Source of the DNA: a virus
Lineage: Duplodnaviria > Caudoviricetes
Reading direction: 5' to 3' (one strand)
Length of the DNA stretch: 24,028 bases
IMG/VR virus record: IMGVR_UViG_3300023053_000019
Coordinates: 1-24,028 of that record
Shown: in pieces, positions 6,104 to 15,787 of the stretch
How the letters are laid out: each line of letters starts with the position of its first letter
How positions within the stretch are numbered: the stretch's first letter is position 1
Translations under genes and position numbers: made by a program
The notes under the pieces: model-generated
What the model was told of the DNA's origin: nothing
Seen by the model: only the letters and a program-made list of their open reading frames with translations
The model's database searches: none

Positions 6104-7525
6104 GTGGCCGAGCTGACCGCTCAGCAGAAGCTGGTGGCGGCCGAGCTGGCCCGCGAGGACTTCTATTTCTACAGCCGCTACACGTTCCTGAGGAAGAAGG
6201 GCTTCCCGTGGATGCGGGCCAAGCACCACGCGCCGCTGTGCGCGGCCTTGGACCGGGTCTATCGGGGCGAGTGCAAGCGCCTGGTGATCAACCTGCCACC
6301 GCGCTATTCAAAGACCGAGCTGGCGGTCGTGAACTGGATGTCCTGGTGCCTGGGCAAGGTGCCGGACTCCGAGTTCATCCACATCAGCTACGCCGCGCCG
6401 CTGGCCCTGAACAACAGCGCCAACACCCGGGAGCTGGTCCAGCACGAGGTCTACGGGGAGATCTTCCCCGAGGTCGAGCTGCGCAAGGACAGCAGCGCCA
6501 AGGGCGACTGGCGGACAACCAGGGGCGGGGTGGTCTATGCCACCGGTGCCGAGGGCACTGTGACCGGCTTCGGTGCGGGCAAGGCTCGGCCCGGCTTCGG
6601 CGGCGCGATAATCATCGATGACCCGCACAAGCCGGGCGAGGCGGACAGCGACACGGTCCGCCAGGGCGTGCTGGACTGGTTCAACAACACGCTGCAGTCC
6701 CGCGTGAACAGCGCGGACACGCCGATCATCGTGATCATGCAGCGCCTGCACGAGCGGGATCTGGCCGGTTGGCTGCTGGGCCGCAAGCCCGGCGAAGAGC
6801 CGCGACCTGGTGGCAATGGTGAGGTGTGGGAGCACGTCTGCTTCGAGGCGCTGTCGGAGGACGGCGAGGCCCTGTGGCCTGAGAAGCACACTGCCGCCGA
6901 CCTCAACCGCATGCGCGAGTCGATGCCCTACGTCTTCTCGGGGCAGTACCAGCAGCAGCCATCTCCGGGCGACGGCGGGATCATCAAGACCGCTAAGATC
7001 GAGACGGTGGATGCGCTTCCCGCCGGCCTGCAGTTCGTGCGCGGGTGGGACTTGGCTGGAACCGAGGCCAAGATGAAGCGGGGTGACTGGACCGTGGGTG
7101 GCAAGCTGGGCCGCAGTCAGGACGGCGTCATCTACATCGCGGACGTCCTGCGCGAGCGGATGGGCCCGGACGAGGTGGAGACGGCGATAGGCAACACCGG
7201 CAAGGCCGACATGGTCCTCCAGTCGATTCCGCAGGACCCCGGGCAGGCGGGCAAGGCGCAGGTCATGCACCTGAGCCGCAAGCTCTACGGCGTGCCGGCC
7301 ACCTTCTCGGTTGAGAGCGGGGACAAGGCCACACGCGCGGCAGGATTCGCCGCGCAGGTCAACGCCGGCAACGTGAAGATGCTCCGGGCGCCGTGGAACG
7401 AGGCGCTGCTCAACGAATTCAAGATGTTCCCCAACGGCCACTACGACGACCAGGTAGATGCGTTTTCGCGCGCCTTCAATTCCCTGGATGACTCACTGGC
7501 CCTCTTCATGGCACAGGCTCAATGA
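6104..7525 (+). CDS. terL: Terminase large subunit
   Basis: Walker A-like 'INLPPRYSKT', Walker B 'IIIDDPHK', 'IMQRLH', nuclease 'WDLA' and 'DDQVDA'; GTG start with SD AGGAGG. Confidence 0.96.
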   Translation: MAELTAQQKLVAAELAREDFYFYSRYTFLRKKGFPWMRAKHHAPLCAALDRVYRGECKRLVINLPPRYSKTELAVVNWMSWCLGKVPDSEFIHISYAAPLALNNSANTRELVQHEVYGEIFPEVELRKDSSAKGDWRTTRGGVVYATGAEGTVTGFGAGKARPGFGGAIIIDDPHKPGEADSDTVRQGVLDWFNNTLQSRVNSADTPIIVIMQRLHERDLAGWLLGRKPGEEPRPGGNGEVWEHVCFEALSEDGEALWPEKHTAADLNRMRESMPYVFSGQYQQQPSPGDGGIIKTAKIETVDALPAGLQFVRGWDLAGTEAKMKRGDWTVGGKLGRSQDGVIYIADVLRERMGPDEVETAIGNTGKADMVLQSIPQDPGQAGKAQVMHLSRKLYGVPATFSVESGDKATRAAGFAAQVNAGNVKMLRAPWNEALLNEFKMFPNGHYDDQVDAFSRAFNSLDDSLALFMAQAQ

Positions 7526-8805
7526 CCACACCGACCTTCCACCAAGACGGCTACATGGATGCCGTGCTTGGCGCAGGCGGCATCGCGGCCCTCACAAGCG
7601 CGATCGGCCAGAGCGACGCGGCCATGTATGCCGAGGGCGGCCTGCCCGCGCGGGTGGTCGATCTGCCGGCGGACAACGCCGTCAAGGGTGGGATCACCAT
7701 CACCGGCGACACCGACGGCGTCATCCTCGCGGAGATCGAGCGTCTCAAGGTGCTGCCGTTGCTGGCGGACGCAGCGCGATGGGCCCGACTGCGCGGGGGT
7801 GGGTGCCTGCTGCTGATCGTGGCCGACGGCGGTCTCCTGCGCGATCCGATGAATGTCGATCGCCTGGACACCATTCACGAGCTGCGCGTCTACGACATCG
7901 ATGACCTTTCGGTCGACCGCTCGTACAACAACCCGAACGAGGTCACCTACGGCCAGCCGGAGCTATACCGCCTGTCGGTACGCGGCGCAGGTACGCAGGT
8001 GCTGGTTCACCAGTCACGCTTGGTGGAGGTGCCGGGCGACCCGATGCCGGCGTCCATGAAGCAGGACAGCATTCCGTGGCGGGGCCGCGCCGCCGCCGCT
8101 CGCGCCTTCCGGCGGATCCGCGACTACATCGACAGCGTCGGTTTGGCGCGCGAGATCCTGCGGCGCAAGCAGCAGGCCGTGCACAAGATGAAGGGGATGG
8201 CCCAGGCCATCCAAGCGCAGCAGGAGGAAATGATCCAGAAGCGCCTGACGATGGTCGATCAGGCACGCGGTGTTCGAAACAGCGTGGCCGTTGACGCAGA
8301 TGACGACTACGACATCCGGGACACCAGCGTCGGCGGCGTCAACCAGATCCTGCAGGAGATGCAGATCGCGCTGTCGGCTGAGTCAGGCATCCCCGTGACG
8401 CTGCTGTTCGGGCGCTCGCCCGGCGGCCAGAACGCCACCGGCGATGCCGACTTCGAGGGCTACTACAACCTGGTCGAGCAGCTGCGCAGCCTGCGCATGC
8501 AGCCTGCTTTGGAGCGAATCATCTCCCTGATCTGCGCTCAGAACACGATGGCCGGCAAGGCGCCGGACAACTGGACTGTGGTGTGGTCGCCCCTGAAGCA
8601 GCTCACTCAGAAGGAACTGGCCGATATCGGCAAGACCAAGGCCGAGACCCTCAAGATCGAAGCGGATGCGTTGGCCGCCATCACCGGAACCAGTGCGCTG
8701 ACCGAAGACGAGGCAAGGGACTACATACAGCAGCGCGGCCTGTTCGGCCTCGATCCCGACGACACCACGCCCGGCACGGCGAAGACCTATGCAGCGCAGA
8801 CATGA
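7522..8805 (+). CDS. Portal protein (DUF1073 family)
   Basis: Follows terL; 'WARL.GG', 'YGQPELY', 'VHQSRL', 'IPVTLLFGRSPGG.NATGD.D...YY'. Confidence 0.9.
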   Translation: MTTPTFHQDGYMDAVLGAGGIAALTSAIGQSDAAMYAEGGLPARVVDLPADNAVKGGITITGDTDGVILAEIERLKVLPLLADAARWARLRGGGCLLLIVADGGLLRDPMNVDRLDTIHELRVYDIDDLSVDRSYNNPNEVTYGQPELYRLSVRGAGTQVLVHQSRLVEVPGDPMPASMKQDSIPWRGRAAAARAFRRIRDYIDSVGLAREILRRKQQAVHKMKGMAQAIQAQQEEMIQKRLTMVDQARGVRNSVAVDADDDYDIRDTSVGGVNQILQEMQIALSAESGIPVTLLFGRSPGGQNATGDADFEGYYNLVEQLRSLRMQPALERIISLICAQNTMAGKAPDNWTVVWSPLKQLTQKELADIGKTKAETLKIEADALAAITGTSALTEDEARDYIQQRGLFGLDPDDTTPGTAKTYAAQT

Positions 8806-9596
8806 AGAAGAAGCCCGGCAAGGCGCGGCGCTGGCTGTACCCGGCCGGCGTGGAGCGCGACTACACCCGCCGCCTGGTGGCGATCGCTGACGAGGCCGTG
8901 CAGACCATCGAGCCCGCCGTGCTACGCGCGCTGGGATACCGGGCCGACGTCGCCGATCCATCGATCGACATCGGCTGGTATGACGGTCTGGTCGAGGCGC
9001 TCCGAGCCGGAACCGGTCTCTCGCCCGTGCAGGATCAGGTGCTCGGCCCGCTGATCAGCGAGTTTGCCCGTCGGACGACCAGCTTCAACAAGCAGCAGTT
9101 TCACGGCGTCCTGCGCTCCGCATACGGCGTGAACGTGCTGACCGCCGATCCAGAGCTGCGAGGCATGCTGAGCGTCTGGGAGGCCGAGAACCTGGAGCTG
9201 ATCAAGTCGCTACCGACGAAGTACGTCGACCAGCTGCGCGGCCAGGTGACCGCGGCGGTGCAGTCCGGCAAGAGTCTGCGAGATGTGGTCGCGCTGGTGA
9301 AAAAGACCGGCAAGGTCACGAAAGGTCGCGCCGAGCTGATCGCGCGGGACCAGATCGGCAAGTTGAACGGTGACATCACCCAGGCTCGGCAGCAAGGCAT
9401 CGGCGTGGAGGAATACCGCTGGCGCGGCGTTCTGGACGGCCGCGAACGCTCCGAGCACGTCGCCCGCGAGGGCAAAACCTACCGATGGGACAAGCCGCCG
9501 GAAGACGGGCACCCCGGGCAGCCGATCCGGTGCCGGTGCAGCGCCGAGGCTGTCCTGCCTGATCTGGACGACCTGAACGCCCTGATCGTTCACTGA
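8802..9596 (+). CDS. Minor head / head morphogenesis protein (SPP1 gp7 / Mu F-like)
   Basis: '[15 protein letters not shown]', 'YRW....D.RER..H', '[10 protein letters not shown]'; start at ATGA overlap 8802. Confidence 0.92.
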   Translation: MKKKPGKARRWLYPAGVERDYTRRLVAIADEAVQTIEPAVLRALGYRADVADPSIDIGWYDGLVEALRAGTGLSPVQDQVLGPLISEFARRTTSFNKQQFHGVLRSAYGVNVLTADPELRGMLSVWEAENLELIKSLPTKYVDQLRGQVTAAVQSGKSLRDVVALVKKTGKVTKGRAELIARDQIGKLNGDITQARQQGIGVEEYRWRGVLDGRERSEHVAREGKTYRWDKPPEDGHPGQPIRCRCSAEAVLPDLDDLNALIVH

Positions 9597-9606
9597 GGAA
9601 TCAACC

Positions 9607-10677
9607 ATGCCAACCGTTCAGCGGTTCGACCGCATGCCGCTGCGAGCCACTCGCACGGCCGAGGGCTTCGTGCAGGACACGGCAGTCCTGACGCGCACGG
9701 GCATCTTCGAGTACCGCCAGCCCAATGGCTCCATCCGCCGCGAATACCGGCCGCCGGAGGAGGTGTTCCATGCCGACTCGCTGGCCAGCTACAAGGGCAA
9801 GCCGATCACCATCGGCCATCCCGGGCTGGTGACCTCGAAGAACGCCAAGCACCACACCTGCGGCGCCTGCCTCGGCGAGGGAAGGGAGGACGGCAACGAC
9901 GTGCTCGGCGATCTGATGATCTACGACACCTCCGCGATCGATGCCGGCGCCAAGGAGCTGAGCAACGGATACACGCTCGACCTGGACGAAACCCCGGGCG
10001 AGATCAACGGCGAGCGCTACGACGCCGTGCAGCGAAACATCAGGGTGAATCACATCGCCCTGGTCCCCCGTGGCCGTGCGGGCAACGCCCGGCTCAATCT
10101 CGATGCGGCAGACGCCGACACAACTGAGGAAGACAACCCCATGCCCACGAACATGGTGCAAGTTCGCTTGGATAGCGGCCTGTCCTACGAGGCGGCGCCC
10201 GAAGTCGCCAATGCGTACCAGGCCAGCCAGGACGCCCTGACAGCGTCCCGGTCGGATGCCGACAAGGAGCGCGCCCGCGCTGACGCCGCCGAGGCGAAGC
10301 TGAAGGACGCGGAGAAGGACGCGGAGAAGATCCGCCAGGACGCGGCCACCGCCGCCAAGGCCCGCCTCAAGCTCGAAGACAGCGCAACCAAGGTCGGCGC
10401 CGAATTCAAGCAGGACGCCAGCGACACCGAGATCCGCACCGCGGTGATCAAGAAGGTGCGCGGCGACGGCTTCGACCTGACCGGCAAGTCTGAAGGCTAC
10501 ATCGAGGCGGCCTACGACCTGGCCGTCGCCGACAAGGGCCAGCGCCAGGACGCCGTGGCGCACCAGCGCAATGAGATCACCCCGCCGGCCAGTGGCAAGC
10601 CGGAAGTCCGCCAGGACGCCCGTTCCGCGCGTGAGCGCATGATCGCCCGCGCGAGCGGCGAGACCACCGAGGACTGA
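9607..10677 (+). CDS. Prohead protease-scaffold protein (DUF2213 family)
   Basis: 'RTGIFEY', 'KPITIGHP', 'ELSNGY', '[21 protein letters not shown]'; C-terminal coiled coil. Confidence 0.9.
   Translation: MPTVQRFDRMPLRATRTAEGFVQDTAVLTRTGIFEYRQPNGSIRREYRPPEEVFHADSLASYKGKPITIGHPGLVTSKNAKHHTCGACLGEGREDGNDVLGDLMIYDTSAIDAGAKELSNGYTLDLDETPGEINGERYDAVQRNIRVNHIALVPRGRAGNARLNLDAADADTTEEDNPMPTNMVQVRLDSGLSYEAAPEVANAYQASQDALTASRSDADKERARADAAEAKLKDAEKDAEKIRQDAATAAKARLKLEDSATKVGAEFKQDASDTEIRTAVIKKVRGDGFDLTGKSEGYIEAAYDLAVADKGQRQDAVAHQRNEITPPASGKPEVRQDARSARERMIARASGETTED
10141..10677 (+). CDS. Probable nested scaffold protein from an internal in-frame start
   Basis: TGAGGA SD at 10125-10130 before in-frame ATG 10141 at the protease/coiled-coil boundary. 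Confidence 0.55.
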   Translation: MPTNMVQVRLDSGLSYEAAPEVANAYQASQDALTASRSDADKERARADAAEAKLKDAEKDAEKIRQDAATAAKARLKLEDSATKVGAEFKQDASDTEIRTAVIKKVRGDGFDLTGKSEGYIEAAYDLAVADKGQRQDAVAHQRNEITPPASGKPEVRQDARSARERMIARASGETTED

Positions 10678-10681
10678 ACCG

Positions 10682-11140
10682 ATGTACGAGGAATATCAGA
10701 GCCGCGCATTTGCGGGCATGAAGGGCGACGCGGGCGATGACCGTGTCGAATCGTTCCCGGTGGGGGCCGCAGGGCTGGGCCTTGGCCTGGTCACCGGCAC
10801 AAACGCCAGCAAGATCCTGGTGCCGGGCGCCGGCACCAAGGTGCGCGGCATCAGCCTGCACAGCCACACCATCACTGGTGCTGGCTACGTGCAGTACGAC
10901 TGTGCCTCGGTCATGACCAAGGGCCATGTCTGGGCGCAGGTCGCTCCGGCCGGCGTGGTCACCGAGGACGGCCCTGTGTCGTTCAACGCCGATGGCCGTG
11001 TGGCCAACGCCGGCACCGCGCTGCCCAATGCGGTCTTCCGCAGCGGCATCGTGGCCGTGACCGACGCCGCCGGCGTGTCCAGCAACATCGCGCTGGTCGA
11101 GCTGCACAACCCCTTCGCCACCGCTCCGGCCGCCCCGTAA
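10682..11140 (+). CDS. Head decoration / cement protein
   Basis: Gly/Val-rich 152 aa, 'SVMTKGHVW' motif, located between scaffold and major capsid genes. Confidence 0.75.
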   Translation: MYEEYQSRAFAGMKGDAGDDRVESFPVGAAGLGLGLVTGTNASKILVPGAGTKVRGISLHSHTITGAGYVQYDCASVMTKGHVWAQVAPAGVVTEDGPVSFNADGRVANAGTALPNAVFRSGIVAVTDAAGVSSNIALVELHNPFATAPAAP

Positions 11141-11169
11141 CAGGGTCGGTCCAGCAACCCATCTCTCTC

Positions 11170-11196
11170 AGCCGCCTCAGGGCGGCTTCCTTTTTT
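11170..11196 (+). terminator. Intrinsic terminator-like hairpin upstream of major capsid gene
   Basis: AGCCGCC-TCAG-GGCGGCT followed by TCCTTTTTT. Confidence 0.7.
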
Positions 11197-11207
11197 AGGA
11201 AACCCCA

Positions 11208-12170
11208 ATGCCCGCCACTCATCTGCACTACGACGAGGCCGATGTCGTTGCCGTGGGACAGTTCCAGCAGAATTCCGGAGCCGATTTGATCCGGCAGGAC
11301 GCTGGGATCTTCACCGCCCGCCAGCTCGACTACGTCCGCACCCGCACCTACGACCGCCAGCTGCCCCCGATGAAGGGCCTGACGCTCGTACCGCCGTCCA
11401 GCGACGTCCCGGAATGGGCCGAAACGATCACCTACTCGGTGTATGACTCGGTCGGCATCGCCAAGGTCATCGCGAACTATGCCGATGACCTGCCGCGCGC
11501 CGACGTGAGCCGCATCGAGAAGACCATCCGGGTCAAGACCATCGGCGACAGCTACGGCTACAACGTCAATGAGCTGATCGCCTCCAACGCAACCGGCGCC
11601 AACCTGCCGACCCGCAAGGCCAACGCCGCGCGCCTGGCGATCGAGATCAAGCTCAACCTGATCGGCATGGTCGGCGATGCCGATTACGGCCTGTTCGGCC
11701 TGACCAACCACCCGAACATCGGCACCACCACCATCACCGGTGGCTGGACCATGGCGACCGACGCCGACGTGATGCTGGCCGACCTGGACCTCATCTACAA
11801 CGCGGTCCGCGTGCAGTCCAAGGGCGTGCACACGGTCAACAAGATCGCCATGGCCACCGAGCCGCTGTCGATCATCAGCTCCAAGCGCCTGCCGGACTCG
11901 AACGGCCTGACCGTCGCCGAGTTCTTCCGCCGCAAGCACCCGGGCCTGGTGTTCGATGAGCTGGCTGAGCTGACCGGCGCAGGCCCGGGCGGGGATGATC
12001 TGATCATCGCCGGCGAGTTCGCCCCGGACAACATCACCCACGACGTCCCGATGCAGTTCAACCAGCTGCCGGCCCAGCCGCGCAACCTGGAGCTGCTCGT
12101 GCCCTGCATGGCCCGCAGCGCGGGCGTCTCGGTCTTCTATCCCCTGGCATTCACCAAGGCGGTGCTGTGA
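11208..12170 (+). CDS. Major capsid protein (DUF2184 family, HK97 fold)
   Basis: 'FTARQLDYV', 'IANYADDLPRAD', 'GLFGLTNHPN', 'GVSVFYPLAF'; synteny. Confidence 0.92.
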   Translation: MPATHLHYDEADVVAVGQFQQNSGADLIRQDAGIFTARQLDYVRTRTYDRQLPPMKGLTLVPPSSDVPEWAETITYSVYDSVGIAKVIANYADDLPRADVSRIEKTIRVKTIGDSYGYNVNELIASNATGANLPTRKANAARLAIEIKLNLIGMVGDADYGLFGLTNHPNIGTTTITGGWTMATDADVMLADLDLIYNAVRVQSKGVHTVNKIAMATEPLSIISSKRLPDSNGLTVAEFFRRKHPGLVFDELAELTGAGPGGDDLIIAGEFAPDNITHDVPMQFNQLPAQPRNLELLVPCMARSAGVSVFYPLAFTKAVL

Positions 12171-12496
12171 TGGCTACCTACAAGAACAATTCCGTCGGAG
12201 CTCACGTGCACGGCGGCAAGGTCATCGCTCCTGGCGCGACCTTCGATGCAAAGCCGACCCCAAACCTCGAAAAGCTGGTCAAGGCCGAGATTCTGCAGCT
12301 GGCATCGGCCGGCTCGGCGGCGGCGGCCAGCGGCGGCGGCGATGACAAGGCAGCGCTGGTCGCGCGCGCCAAGGAGCTGGGCGTCCCGAACGTCGGCGGC
12401 AACTGGGGCGTCGAGAAGCTGAAGGAAGCCATCGCCGAGGCCGAGAAGAAGGCCGGCACCGACACCGGTGGCGACGGCGAACAGAAGGACGCCTGA
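12170..12496 (+). CDS. Hypothetical protein with C-terminal HeH/Rho-N-like helical domain
   Basis: TGATG coupling to capsid gene; 'KAALVARAKELGV...WGVEKLKEAIAEA'. Confidence 0.65.
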   Translation: MATYKNNSVGAHVHGGKVIAPGATFDAKPTPNLEKLVKAEILQLASAGSAAAASGGGDDKAALVARAKELGVPNVGGNWGVEKLKEAIAEAEKKAGTDTGGDGEQKDA

Positions 12497-12499
12497 CCC

Positions 12500-12901
12500 A
12501 TGGCCACCGTCATCGAGATACTGGACTTCCTCGCACCGGGGCTGACGGCCACGCCGGAAGAGAAGGAGATGGCCCTCTCGTTGGCGGAGGCCTACTGCCC
12601 CGCGTGCCTGACCCAGACGAAGGCGGATGAAGCCGTCGCGCTGTACGCAGCGTGGCTGCTCTACGCCAGGGAGCAGGCGAAGGCAGCGAATGAAGCCGGC
12701 GAGGTTGTCCCGGTAGGGGTGAAATCCCAGACCGACGGCGACCTCAGCCGCACCTATACCGGGGACGTCTCCGGCGCCGACGGGGTTTCTGACCCCGCCG
12801 GCTACTACGGGCGCTGGAAGGCCCTCAATGACATCTGCGCGCGCGTGGGTGCCATCACCGTGAGTCCGGTGCTCGGAGGTTGCTGCGGATGGCCGCCGTA
12901 A
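12500..12901 (+). CDS. Head-tail adaptor (DUF4054-like)
   Basis: 'AVALYAAWLL', 'VKSQTDGDLSRTY', 'YG..W..L'; synteny. Confidence 0.75.
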   Translation: MATVIEILDFLAPGLTATPEEKEMALSLAEAYCPACLTQTKADEAVALYAAWLLYAREQAKAANEAGEVVPVGVKSQTDGDLSRTYTGDVSGADGVSDPAGYYGRWKALNDICARVGAITVSPVLGGCCGWPP

Positions 12902-13338
12902 CGAAGTCGAGCAGCAAAGAGCTGGATGCCTACGTACGCAACGTGAATGCCCTGGATGGCCACGGAGTGAAAGTGGGTATCCAGTCCGATGCAGGGACGC
13001 ATGAAGGCACCAGCATCCTCGACATTGCCATCTTCAACGAGTTCGGGACAGAGACGATCCCCGCACGGCCATTCATTCGGGACTTCGCACAGAGGAACGA
13101 GAAGGGACTCGGAGCGGCCATGGATCGTATCGCCACCAAGATCGAGAAGGGAGCGACGGTAGACGCAGGCCTGGCGCAGCTGGGGACATTCGCCCAGCAG
13201 GTCCAGCAGGCGCACGTTCGTGCCTCCAAGTCGTGGGCGGTGCCAAATGCACCCTCCACCATCAAGCGCAAGGGGAGCGATGTGCCGCTGGTCGATGACA
13301 GCGTGTTGGTCAATGCCATCCGCTGGGAGAAGACCTGA
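12889..13338 (+). CDS. Neck / tail-completion protein (HK97 gp10-like)
   Basis: SD GGAGGT before ATG 12889; 'IAIFNEFGT..IPARPFIR', 'PNAPSTIKRKGS..PLVD'. Confidence 0.8.
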   Translation: MAAVTKSSSKELDAYVRNVNALDGHGVKVGIQSDAGTHEGTSILDIAIFNEFGTETIPARPFIRDFAQRNEKGLGAAMDRIATKIEKGATVDAGLAQLGTFAQQVQQAHVRASKSWAVPNAPSTIKRKGSDVPLVDDSVLVNAIRWEKT

Positions 13339-13709
13339 TGGCGATGCTCGGAGAACGAACACTCCCGCGTATCACCCGGACTGCCGGTCGATACGTCAAA
13401 GGCCGCTGGGTTGATGGGGAAGAGTCGGAGACGACCTTTCGGGCCAGCATCCAGCCGGCCAAAAAGGACGACTACGACCAGCTCCAGGCTCTCGCTGAGG
13501 GCCGGCGGGTCGAGTCGGCTATCCGGATCTACACCAGGACCGAACTGGTGGTGGCCGGCGATACCGCGCAGAACGGCGATCTGGTCATTCATCGCGGCGA
13601 TCGATACCTGGTCACCGCCGGCAGCGATTGGAACGTCGGTATGCGCGGCGTGGACCACTACCGCTATCTGGCGGTCAGGCAGAAGCCCACGGCGGAGGAG
13701 GGCTCATGA
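13338..13709 (+). CDS. Head-closure / head-tail joining protein
   Basis: 'G.YV.G.W', 'ASIQP', 'IRIYT', 'GD.V'; synteny. Confidence 0.7.
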   Translation: MAMLGERTLPRITRTAGRYVKGRWVDGEESETTFRASIQPAKKDDYDQLQALAEGRRVESAIRIYTRTELVVAGDTAQNGDLVIHRGDRYLVTAGSDWNVGMRGVDHYRYLAVRQKPTAEEGS

Positions 13710-14215
13710 TCGAAGACGAGATTCTCGCCTTGGTCAGCCAGGCCACGCAGCTGCAGGTGATCTTCGCGAACCAGAACGGCCCTCGGCCCAAGCTGCCATA
13801 CATCACGCTTCGAGTCGGCACCGCGCCGCGGCAGGGCCTGCTTGAAGGTGAACTGTCTGAGGACGGGGTCCAGACGTACGCGGGGCACCGTGACGCGACC
13901 GTCGAGCTTCAGTGCTTCGGCGATGGTGGTTTCGACGCGCTCGACGGTCTCAGCCAGCGTCTCAAAGGCCCGGGAATGCTCGCGGCTGCGCTCGCGGCCA
14001 ATCTCGCTGTCTACGCTACGGACGCCGTCCAGAACGTGCCAGTGCTGCGCGATGGCGGCAAGTACGAGCCGCGCGCCGTGATGGACATCGGCATTCGCTA
14101 CACCAAGGAGCACGACGAGGACGTCGGGCTGATCAAGACCGTTCGAGGCGACATGACGCTCCAGGACGGAGGCGGCGACCTGGTGGACCAGTTCGAGGCT
14201 ACAGCGGAGCCCTGA
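13706..14215 (+). CDS. Neck / tail terminator protein
   Basis: SD GGAGG, ATGA start 13706; 'IFANQNGPRP..PYIT', 'YEPRA.MD'; precedes sheath. Confidence 0.72.
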   Translation: MIEDEILALVSQATQLQVIFANQNGPRPKLPYITLRVGTAPRQGLLEGELSEDGVQTYAGHRDATVELQCFGDGGFDALDGLSQRLKGPGMLAAALAANLAVYATDAVQNVPVLRDGGKYEPRAVMDIGIRYTKEHDEDVGLIKTVRGDMTLQDGGGDLVDQFEATAEP

Positions 14216-14242
14216 GGCCCAACAGCACCAACACCATTCCGA

Positions 14243-14264
14243 GCCGCCCCCGGGCGGCCCTTTT
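14243..14264 (+). terminator. Terminator-like hairpin before the sheath gene
   Basis: GCCGCC-CCCG-GGCGGC followed by CCTTTT. Confidence 0.5.
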
Positions 14265-14285
14265 CATGCCCAGGAGCAACCTGCA

Positions 14286-15344
14286 ATGGCATCCATCAAC
14301 CGCATCGCCAACGTCGAGATCTCGCTGGCGACCACATCGATCAATCAGCAGTCGTTCTCGGACCTGCTGTTCCTCGCGGCCCTGCCGGCCATCGAGGACC
14401 GGGTGTTCCTGGTGACTTCCGCCGACGATCTGCTGACCCACGGTGTGGAGATCACCGATCCGCTGTATGCCGCCGTGCAGACGGTGTTCCAGCAGCCCCG
14501 TGCAATCAACCAGGTCTACATCGGCCGGCACACGGTCGATGAGGACGGTGACCCGGCCGAGACCATCGTCGAGGCGCTGATTGCGATCAACGCGATCAAT
14601 AGCGGCTGGTACGGCATCGTCCTGCTCAGCCGTGAGAATGCCGACATCCTGGCTGCGGCGGCCTGGACCGAAGCGAACGAGAAGCTGCTGCTGGCCAGCT
14701 CCTCCGATGCCACGATCCTCACCAATGTCACCACCGACATTGGCAGCCTGCTCAAGGCCCAGAACTACAACCGCACCGCAATCTGGTATCACGCCGATGC
14801 CGGCACGGAGTGGCTGGAGGTCGCTCTCGCGGCCGATCGTTTCACTTACGACCCCGGTGCCGAGACCTGGGCCAACGTGCGCCTCACCGGCGTGAAGGTG
14901 GATGCGCTGACCGAGTCGCAGGCGCAGATCGCCCACAGCAAGAACGTGAACACCTTCGAGCAGTTCCGCAATCTGGGGCTGACCCAGCGCGGGACCGTCG
15001 CCAGCGGCGAATGGATCGACGTGATCCGATTCCGTGACTGGCTGAAGGACCGCATCCAGACGGGTGTCGTCGATGTGCTGGTCAAGGCAGACGGGAAGAT
15101 CCCGTACACGAGTGCCGGCATCCAGGTCATCGTGACCGCCCTGCGCGCCGCGCTCGACGCCGGTGTGACCGCCGGCGGCATCGCCCCGGAAGAGACCGAC
15201 GACCAGGACAGCTACCCGGGCCTGGCCGAGATCAGTGACGGAGTGAAGTCGCGGCGGCTGCTGGAGGGCATCAAGTTCTCGGCGCGCCTGGCCGGCGCCA
15301 TCCACACGACCGACATCACCGGCACCCTTTCCTACAGCATCTGA
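14286..15344 (+). CDS. Contractile tail sheath protein (DUF3383 family), compact 352 aa
   Basis: 'PGAETWA', 'G.VASGEWIDVIRFRDWL', 'KIPYT..G', 'F.ARLAGAIH'. Confidence 0.9.
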   Translation: MASINRIANVEISLATTSINQQSFSDLLFLAALPAIEDRVFLVTSADDLLTHGVEITDPLYAAVQTVFQQPRAINQVYIGRHTVDEDGDPAETIVEALIAINAINSGWYGIVLLSRENADILAAAAWTEANEKLLLASSSDATILTNVTTDIGSLLKAQNYNRTAIWYHADAGTEWLEVALAADRFTYDPGAETWANVRLTGVKVDALTESQAQIAHSKNVNTFEQFRNLGLTQRGTVASGEWIDVIRFRDWLKDRIQTGVVDVLVKADGKIPYTSAGIQVIVTALRAALDAGVTAGGIAPEETDDQDSYPGLAEISDGVKSRRLLEGIKFSARLAGAIHTTDITGTLSYSI

Positions 15345-15355
15345 GGACACCGCCC

Positions 15356-15787
15356 ATGGGCGTCAAGACCTACGATTCCTCGCAGGTGATCGTCACCTGC
15401 GGTCCCCACATCATCACCGGCTATGCCGAGGACACCTTCATCTCCGTGGAAGAGATGGGCGACGGCATCAGCTCCGTGGTGGGCGCCAACGGCGAGAAAG
15501 CACGCTCGATGTCCCAGAACCGTTCTCTCCAGATCACGCTGACGCTGCTGCAGACGAGCAAGAGCAACGACGCGCTGTCGGCGCTGCATTCGTTCGATCG
15601 CGCTTCGCACGGGCAGGGTGTGTTCCCCTTTGCCGTCACGGACCTGACCGGCCGGACGGTGATTGCCGACGCCACCTCTTGGGTGGTGAAGAAGCCGAAC
15701 TCAGAGTTTGGCGCTACCGTCGGCACCCGTGAATGGGTGATCGAGACGTCCAACGACGCCGTCCACCACGTCGGGGGCGCACGCTGA
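15356..15787 (+). CDS. Tail tube protein (DUF3277-like)
   Basis: 'KTYD', 'ITGYAEDTFI', 'VGA.GE', 'ITLTLLQTS.SN..L', 'REW'; follows sheath. Confidence 0.85.
   Translation: MGVKTYDSSQVIVTCGPHIITGYAEDTFISVEEMGDGISSVVGANGEKARSMSQNRSLQITLTLLQTSKSNDALSALHSFDRASHGQGVFPFAVTDLTGRTVIADATSWVVKKPNSEFGATVGTREWVIETSNDAVHHVGGAR

Noticed and set aside
7522-8805. Anti-CBASS Acb1 annotation sometimes attached to DUF1073 proteins
   Set aside because: Position after terL and motifs indicate portal; no appended 2H phosphoesterase domain with paired HxT motifs is evident
11208-12170. Encapsulin/bacteriocin (linocin-like) interpretation of DUF2184
   Set aside because: Embedded in a complete head operon with terminase, portal and protease; it is the major capsid protein
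6308-15350. Long minus-strand ORFs (6308-7441, 9601-10563, 10983-12041, 14199-15350)
   Set aside because: Antisense shadows of GC-rich structural genes; no RBS, promoter or family motifs
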